Assembly: GCA_964016885.1 (NCBI GenBank)
Contig: OZ024752.1
Location: 46,500,001-46,564,000, forward strand
Reading direction: 5' to 3'
DNA length: 64,000 bases
From: Eledone cirrhosa
Lineage: Eukaryota
In this document: piece after piece, positions 57,543 to 64,000 of the stretch
Position numbering within the stretch: the first letter of the stretch is position 1
How the letters are laid out: the number at the start of each line of letters is the position of its first letter
Notes under the pieces: model-generated
Databases searched by the model: none
Told to the model about the DNA's origin: nothing
The model's input: only the letters and a program-made list of their open reading frames with translations
Made by a program: the position numbers and the translations under genes

Positions 57543-58540
57543 GTAAGTTTGTTCTTTTACTCAGGATTTAAATATAACCCTCCTTGTATGATGTAGAGAG
57601 TAAGTTTGTTCTTTTACTCAGGATTTAAATATAACCCTCCTTGTATGATGTAGAGAGTAAGTTGGTTCTTTTACTCAGGATTTAAATATAACCCTCCTTG
57701 TATGATGTAGAGAGTAAGTTTGTTCTTTTACTCAGGATTTAAATATAACCCTCCTTGTATGATGTAGAGAGTAAGTTTGTTCTTTTACTCAGGATTTAAA
57801 TATAACCCTCCTTGTATGATGTAGAGAGTAAGTTTGTTCTTTTACTCAGGATTTAAATATAACCCTCCTTGTATGATGTAGAGAGTAAGTTGGTTCTTTT
57901 ACTCAGGATTTAAATATAACCCTCCTTGTATGATGTAGAGAGTAAGTTTGTTCTTTTACTCAGGATTTAAATATAACCCTCCTTGTATGATGTAGAGAGT
58001 AAGTTGGTTCTTTTACTCAGGATTTAAATATAACCCTCCTTGTATGATGTAGAGAGTAAGTTGGTTCTTTTACTCAGGATTTAAATATAACCCTCCTTGT
58101 ATGATGTAGAGAGTAAGTTTGTTCTTTTACTCAGGATTTAAATATAACCCTCCTTGTATGATGTAGAGAGTAAGTTTGTTCTTTTACTCAGGATTTAAAT
58201 ATAACCCTCCTTGTATGATGTAGAGAGTAAGTTGGTTCTTTTACTCAGGATTTAAATATAACCCTCCTTGTATGATGTAGAGAGTAAGTTTGTTCTTTTA
58301 CTCAGGATTTAAATATAACCCTCCTTGTATGATGTAGAGAGTAAGTTGGTTCTTTTACTCAGGATTTAAATATAACCCTCCTTGTATGATGTAGAGAGTA
58401 AGTTTGTTCTTTTACTCAGGATTTAAATATAACCCTCCTTGTATGATGTAGAGAGTAAGTTGGTTCTTTTACTCAGGATTTAAATATAACCCTCCTTGTA
58501 TGATGTAGAGAGTAAGTTGGTTCTTTTACTCAGGATTTAA
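57541..58540 (+). repeat. 57-bp minisatellite, 17.5 copies, starting at the RBBP5 exon 7 donor
   Basis: Unit gagtaagtttgttcttttactcaggatttaaatataaccctccttgtatgatgtaga. Confidence 0.97.
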
Positions 58541-58986
58541 TCTTTTAGCATTTAAACCAGTCATATATGGCCAGAATTCTCTCACCCCCGTTCTGTTCAA
58601 CCCGGCTGCTTTAACTGCCGAGGTTAACTTTGCCTTTCATCCTTACGGGGGGGGGGGGGGGGGGGGGGTCGATAAAATAAAGTACCAGTAATACACTGGG
58701 GGTAATTGCTGGCCTTGTGCCAAAAGTAGATACAATTAAATAAAAACAACCATGCTTTGCAGCATTGAGTTATGGCCCTTTGTTGAAAGTTCAAATCTTG
58801 CTGAGGTTAGCTTTGCCTTTCATCTTTACAGCAATTATCCCAGTAATACACTGGGATAATTGTTTCTACTTTTGGCACAAGGTCAGCAATTATCCCAGTG
58901 TATTATTATTTTTAATAATAGTAATATGTGTGTGTCTGGTCTCAGTAAATATGTGTGTAACTGGTATGTCTTCTTTCAATTTCCAG

Positions 58987-59106
58987 TTGTTTCCTTGTGA
59001 ACTCAGCTGATCGTATCATCCGTGTGTATGAAAGTGGAGAAGTCCTAGCCTGTGGTAAAGATGGTGAACCAGAACCTATCCAGAAGCTACAAGATCTTGT
59101 GAACAG
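58987..59106 (+). CDS. RBBP5: RBBP5 exon 8 (CFLVNSADRIIRVYE...PEPIQKLQDLVN)
   Basis: cag|T...AACAG|gttaga; 120 nt. Confidence 0.96.
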
Positions 59107-59395
59107 GTTAGATCAGTTGATGTTGATGTTGCTGTTACTGTTGTTGTTGTTGTTGTTCCTGTTCCTGCATCATCGGTTCCGATGACGAATGTTCCAGTCG
59201 TTCGAACACAATGGAATGGCCGGCTACTTAAAATTAACACGTAAGTGGCGGAGCATTTCACAGACGTGTATATATATATATCCTTAACAGAATTCTCAGG
59301 GAGATTCAGTAAGACATAGTGTGTTTCTTTAGCAGGAGAAATAACCATAAAACATTAGATGTGTTATATCCAACATAGCTTTATTATCTTCAAAG

Positions 59396-59592
59396 GGTGG
59401 TGGATTGGCAGTATTGAGAGAGGGTCGGACTCCATGCTTTGCAGTCTAGAGTTACCTCCCTTCACCTCTTTACGATCTGAGTTCAAATCGTGCCGAGGTT
59501 AACTTTGCCTTTCATCCTTACGGGGGTCAATAAAATAAAGTACCAGTAATGTACTGGATTATTGCTGGCCTTGTGCCAAAAGTAGAAACATT
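59396..59592 (+). mobile_element. Same SINE
   Basis: Aligns with 1226-1415. Confidence 0.78.
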
Positions 59593-59631
59593 TATCTTCA
59601 TATATGTCTTGTTTTAATTTAATTATTTCAG

Positions 59632-59785
59632 AACTATGTGGAAGAAATGTTGTTTTTCTGGTGATGGTGAATATATCGTTGCTGGTTCTGCCCGCCAACA
59701 TTCTCTCTATATCTGGGAGAAGGGCGTTGGCAATTTAGTGAAGATTCTTCATGGTACAAAAGGAGAACTTCTGTTAGATGTTGTG
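59632..59785 (+). CDS. RBBP5: RBBP5 exon 9 ([23 protein letters not shown]...GELLLDVV)
   Basis: cag|A...GTG|gtgagt; 154 nt. Confidence 0.97.
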
Positions 59786-60096
59786 GTGAGTTACATTTTT
59801 TCTTCAACTTTGTCCTTCAAATAATCAAAGTTTTACTCAAACCCAATAACAGCTTCCGTATCTCTAACATCTTCATGTTTTTTAGTTTTTTATGGATTTT
59901 TTCAGTCTTCAAATGTTTTATGTTAGTGTGGGTTGGACATGTTTGAAAATCCATAGTTTTAATATATAGCTTTGGAAGTAGTATAAAAAGCTAGCTGTCT
60001 AGTTGATGTTTACACCTGATATAATATATAATGTTGGAAGTAGTGTAAACAGCTGTTTACCTTTTGATTACACCTGGTACAGCTTCAAAACACAGT

Positions 60097-60325
60097 TTAA
60101 CCCTTTAGCATTTAAACCGGATGTATCCAGCCAGAACTCTCTCACCTATTTCTGTTCAAACCGGCTGTAATTGACCACTCATACCTATATTAAGGTATTA
60201 TTCTCAAAATATATAACATCAAAATCTCATGAATTCAATATTATGTGAGAAAATTATGTTAGATAAAGCCTTTACTGTGAAAGTACAACAGTAGATATAA
60301 AGTAATGTAAATGCTAAAGGGTTAA
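60097..60325. mobile_element. Same piggyBac-like MITE
   Basis: ttaa-ccctttagcattt ... aaatgctaaaggg-ttaa. Confidence 0.82.
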
Positions 60326-60514
60326 ATTCTGTAGTTGAAGTCTGTCTAACCCCACATGTATTACTGTGTATAATGTTTACTGTATTATATATAACATTGT
60401 CTGTCTAACCCCACATGTATTACTGTAACCTCTATGGTTACAATGTGAGCCCTTGTGGCTAATAAAGAAATTGTTTTAATTCTGAAGTGTTAATTGTTAA
60501 TTATGTTTTTCCAG

Positions 60515-60586
60515 TGGCATCCTGTACGTCCTATTATAGCTTCCATCTCAAGTGGAGTTGTGTCGGTGTGGGCCCAAAATCAAGTG
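60515..60586 (+). CDS. RBBP5: RBBP5 exon 10 (WHPVRPIIASISSGVVSVWAQNQV)
   Basis: cag|TGG...GTG|gtgagt. Confidence 0.97.
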
Positions 60587-60908
60587 GTGAGTACTATATT
60601 GAGTGTTAGAGGTGACCCAATGATCACTTGCCAGGGACATTATACAGATGGCCCTTGGTATAGCAAGTGACATGATATGAGTGACACAATATAGATTACC
60701 AATGGTGTAGCCTGTGGGTTGGGAGGTTAAACTTTGCAAAGAACTAGAATCTGGTTGAAAGGGAAGTTTTTTCGTGATAGGAATAAGAGATAGATGTTTC
60801 AGTTTTATTGAATCTCATCAGCAATTTCTGTTTGATTATTTCTTCTTTACATTGTGTGTTTCCTGTATAACTGGACCATAATACTAAAGGGCTAATGTTG
60901 TTTTGCAG

Positions 60909-61026
60909 GAAAACTGGAGTGCTTTTGCTCCAGATTTTAAGGAATTAGATGAAAATGTTGAATACGAAGAACGGGAATCTGAGTTTGACATTGAGGATGA
61001 AGACAAGGAGAAAGAAGAAACGAAAG
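60909..61026 (+). CDS. RBBP5: RBBP5 exon 11 ([33 protein letters not shown]...)
   Basis: cag|GAA...AAAG|gtaatt; activation segment and ASH2L-binding D/E box. Confidence 0.97.
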
Positions 61027-61390
61027 GTAATTAGACATTTCTTAATGAAATTATCTGAGAAGATCTGGAAGTTGATTATGCTGACTTGGGCTGTGACATT
61101 CTCTCTCCCCCCCCCCCCCCCCCCATTCTATCAAAAATGTGGAACATATCTGCAAGTTGTGGCATTCTTATCAGTCTTTACACACAAGCCTGGGCAGGGT
61201 TCTTTGTGGTAGACCAACAGTCACCCCTCTCCCTGCCGCCGATCTTGTCCACGGGAAAGGCAATGGCCGACACAGCTTGTCACCAGTGACATCTCAACTC
61301 ATTTCTACGGCTGAGTGAACTGGAGCAACGTGAAATAAAGTGCCTTCCCCAGGCTTGTACCTCAGTGGGAAACTTTCTAGGTGCAAAACC

Positions 61391-62420
61391 CTGGTCATTA
61401 GGGTGTAACTAACCATGGTCATTAGGGTTTAACTAACCCTGGTCATTAGGGTGTAACTAACCATGGTCATTAGGGTTTAACTAACCCTGGTCATTAGGGT
61501 GTAACTAACCATGGTCATTAGGGTGTAACTAACCATGGTCATTAGGGTTTAACTAACCATGGTCATTAGGATGTAACTAACCATGGTCATTAGGGTGTAA
61601 CTAACCATGGTCATTAGGGTTTAACTAACCCTGGTCATTAGGATGTAACTAACCATGGTCATTAGGGTGTAACTAACCATGGTCATTAGGGTGTAACTAA
61701 CCATGGTCATTAGGGTGTAACTAACCATGGTCATTAGGGTGTAACTAACCATGGTCATTAGGGTGTAACTAACCATGGTCATTAGGGTGTAACTAACCAT
61801 GGTCATAAGGGTGTAACTAACCATGGTCATTAGGGTGTAACTAACCATGGTCATTAGGGTGTAACTAACCATGGTCATTAGGGTGTAACTAACCATGGTC
61901 ATTAGGGTGTAACTAACCATGGTCATTAGGGTGTAACTAACCATGGTCATTAGGGTGTAACTAACCATGGTCATTAGGGTGTAACTAATCATGGTCATTA
62001 GGGTGTAACTAACCATGGTCATTAGGGTGTAACTAACCATGGTCATTAGGGTTTAACTAACCATGGTCATTAGGGTGTAACTAACCATGGTCATTAGGGT
62101 GTAACTAACTATGGTCATTAGGGTGTAACTAACCCTGGTCATTAGGGTGTAACTAACCATGGTCATTAGGGTGTAACTAACCATGGTCATTAGGGTGTAA
62201 CTAACCCTGGTCATTAGGGTGTAACTAACCATGGTCATTAGGGTGTAACTAACCCTGGTCATTAGGATGTAACTAACCCTGGTCATTAGGGTTTAACTAA
62301 CCCTGGTCATTAGGGTGTAACTAACCATGGTCATTAGGGTGTAACTAACCATGGTCATTAGGGTGTAACTAATCATGGTCATTAGGGTTTAACTAACCAT
62401 GGTCATTAGGGTGTAACTAA
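61391..62420 (+). repeat. 24-bp minisatellite, about 43 copies, ending at the predicted branch point of RBBP5 intron 11
   Basis: Unit tggtcattagggtgtaactaacca. Confidence 0.96.
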
Positions 62421-62446
62421 TTACTGTCTCACTTTTCTCTCTCAAG

Positions 62447-62513
62447 GTCCTGATGAAGAAGATGAGGAAGTTGATGTAACCAGTATTGAACCAATTCGAG
62501 CCTTTGTCAGTAG
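62447..62513 (+). CDS. RBBP5: RBBP5 exon 12 (PDEEDEEVDVTSIEPIRAFVS)
   Basis: aag|GT...AGTAG|gtaagg; WDR5-binding VDV motif. Confidence 0.95.
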
Positions 62514-62883
62514 GTAAGGGAACGCTTTTGTTATCAACCTCTTACTGTTTGTAGTACTAGTAGTAGTAGTAGTTGTTGTACATGTGAGATACACCCAGTA
62601 CACTCTGTAAAGTGGTAGTACTGGTGTATTTTATCATGTCACCAGCACTACCACTTTACAGAGTGTATCTCATGTGTACAACAAAACAACAGTAATATTA
62701 TATATAATGAAAATTATTGTGTACAGTGCTCAGGTGCACTACAACTCATCAAAGGTGCATGTTGTATATATGTGATATTACTGTTGTTGTAGATATATGA
62801 TAATGTTACTGTTGTTGTAGTCGATGTGATGTTACTGCTGTTGTTGTTGTAGATATGTGATAATGTTGCTGTTGTTGTTTCAG

Positions 62884-62980
62884 TGATGAAGAGGCTGAAG
62901 ATGAGAATGCATTGATGTACCTTCCTGTGTCTCCAGAGATCGATGATCCAGAAGAAGGCTGGCCGTTAGGCTCAGAAATG
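62884..62980 (+). CDS. RBBP5: RBBP5 exon 13 (DEEAEDENALMYLPVSPEIDDPEEGWPLGSEM)
   Basis: cag|T...ATG|gtaggc; SSDEE and LxYLP motifs. Confidence 0.9.
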
Positions 62981-63560
62981 GTAGGCTCTTCGAATACCAG
63001 CTCTATATTGGTGTCATAGTAAATACCAGCTATATGCTGGGGTATCATCATAGTAACACTAGCTCTATAATGGGGTCATCATTATTAAAGTAAAATACCT
63101 GTTATACATTGGTGTCATCATCATCATTATAATAAATGTTTCTGCTTTTGGCACAAGGCCAGCAAATACCCCAGTGTATTACTGGTGCTTTATTTTATCA
63201 ACCCCCGTAAGGATGAAAAGTAAAGCTAACCTCAGCAGGATTTGAACTCAGACCGTAAAGGGGCGTAACTCTATGCTGCAAAGCATGGCGTCTGACCCTT
63301 GAGCAATACCGGTGTTTTATTGTGACAACAACCCTAAAGGGGCTGTGCCACTGACACAATTGAAGGGTCCTCTTGAACCTCAAATAATTAGGGTGATAGT
63401 TATCTTGATATTTCAGTTCCTGTATGAGCAAGGCATGGTCAGCCGACCAGACACTGCCCACAACAGGACAACCCGTCTAACCCATGCTAGCGTGGAAGAA
63501 CGGACGTAAAACGGTGATGATGATAATATTTATTCAGTTGTTTGTAAAATTTCTCTGTAG

Positions 63561-63678
63561 GGTCTGGAAGATACCATGAAAGACCCAAAAGACAAGGAAT
63601 TTTCTGATGAAGCTTCTTCTCCTAAGAAACGTAAGACAAAGTCTGTTGATATTGACCTGCCTGATGCTCCAACTGATG
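63561..63678 (+). CDS. RBBP5: RBBP5 exon 14 (GLEDTMKD...PKKRKTKSVDIDLPDAPTD); gene continues beyond the window
   Basis: tag|GGT...GATG|gtaaga; PKKRK NLS-like motif. Confidence 0.88.
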
Positions 63679-64000
63679 GTAAGATGTTTTCTTGTTATTA
63701 TTTGCTAGGGTCTGGAGAAAAAAGGGGAGCAGTGCCCATGGCTTTGTCAGATGCCAACCACTTCACAATGTCTAGTGGATTTAGTTTCTCATGGCACCAA
63801 TACTACCACTTTACAGAGTGTACTGGGTGTATTTTATCATAACACCAACACTACCACTTTACAGAGTGTACTGGGTGTATTTTATCATGGCACCAATACT
63901 ACCACTTTACAGAGTGTACTGGGTGTATTTCATCATGACACCAACACTACCACTTTACAGAGTGTACTGGGTGTATTTTATCATGACACCAACACTACCA

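Noticed and set aside
54532-58540. CRISPR-like appearance of regular arrays
   Set aside because: Units are head-to-tail with no unique spacers, the context is eukaryotic introns, and there are no cas genes.
60785-60830. Minus-strand CTGATGA...GAAA hammerhead candidate
   Set aside because: Stems I and II do not pair.
61391-62420. Interstitial telomere
   Set aside because: Only one TTAGGG per 24-bp unit, not (TTAGGG)n.

Overview
Eukaryotic (metazoan) genomic DNA, very rich in microsatellites, minisatellites and transposable elements. The repeat landscape suggests an octopod cephalopod, which is an inference. Two spliced + strand genes are present. The first is a salt-inducible kinase (SIK1/2-like), with 8 coding exons at 18423-31841 and its first exon upstream of the window. 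The second is RBBP5 (COMPASS/MLL WD40 subunit), with 14 coding exons at 48232-63678 and its last exon(s) downstream. Nearly all long ORFs in the supplied track are low-complexity artefacts. Two patterns stand out. (1) Several Penelope-like element ends in (TA)n tracts carry type I hammerhead ribozyme motifs, some intact and sense to the host pre-mRNA. One lies inside a perfect 125-bp-arm palindrome. Another family folds back exactly at hammerhead stem II. (2) Minisatellites multiply the host's own splice signals: about 81 copies of the SIK acceptor, 18 copies of an RBBP5 donor that create stop-filled 35-nt pseudo-exons, and about 43 copies of a branch-point motif. The RBBP5 promoter carries a triplicated ETS-CRE composite motif. 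All ribozyme and splicing activities are predictions from sequence only.
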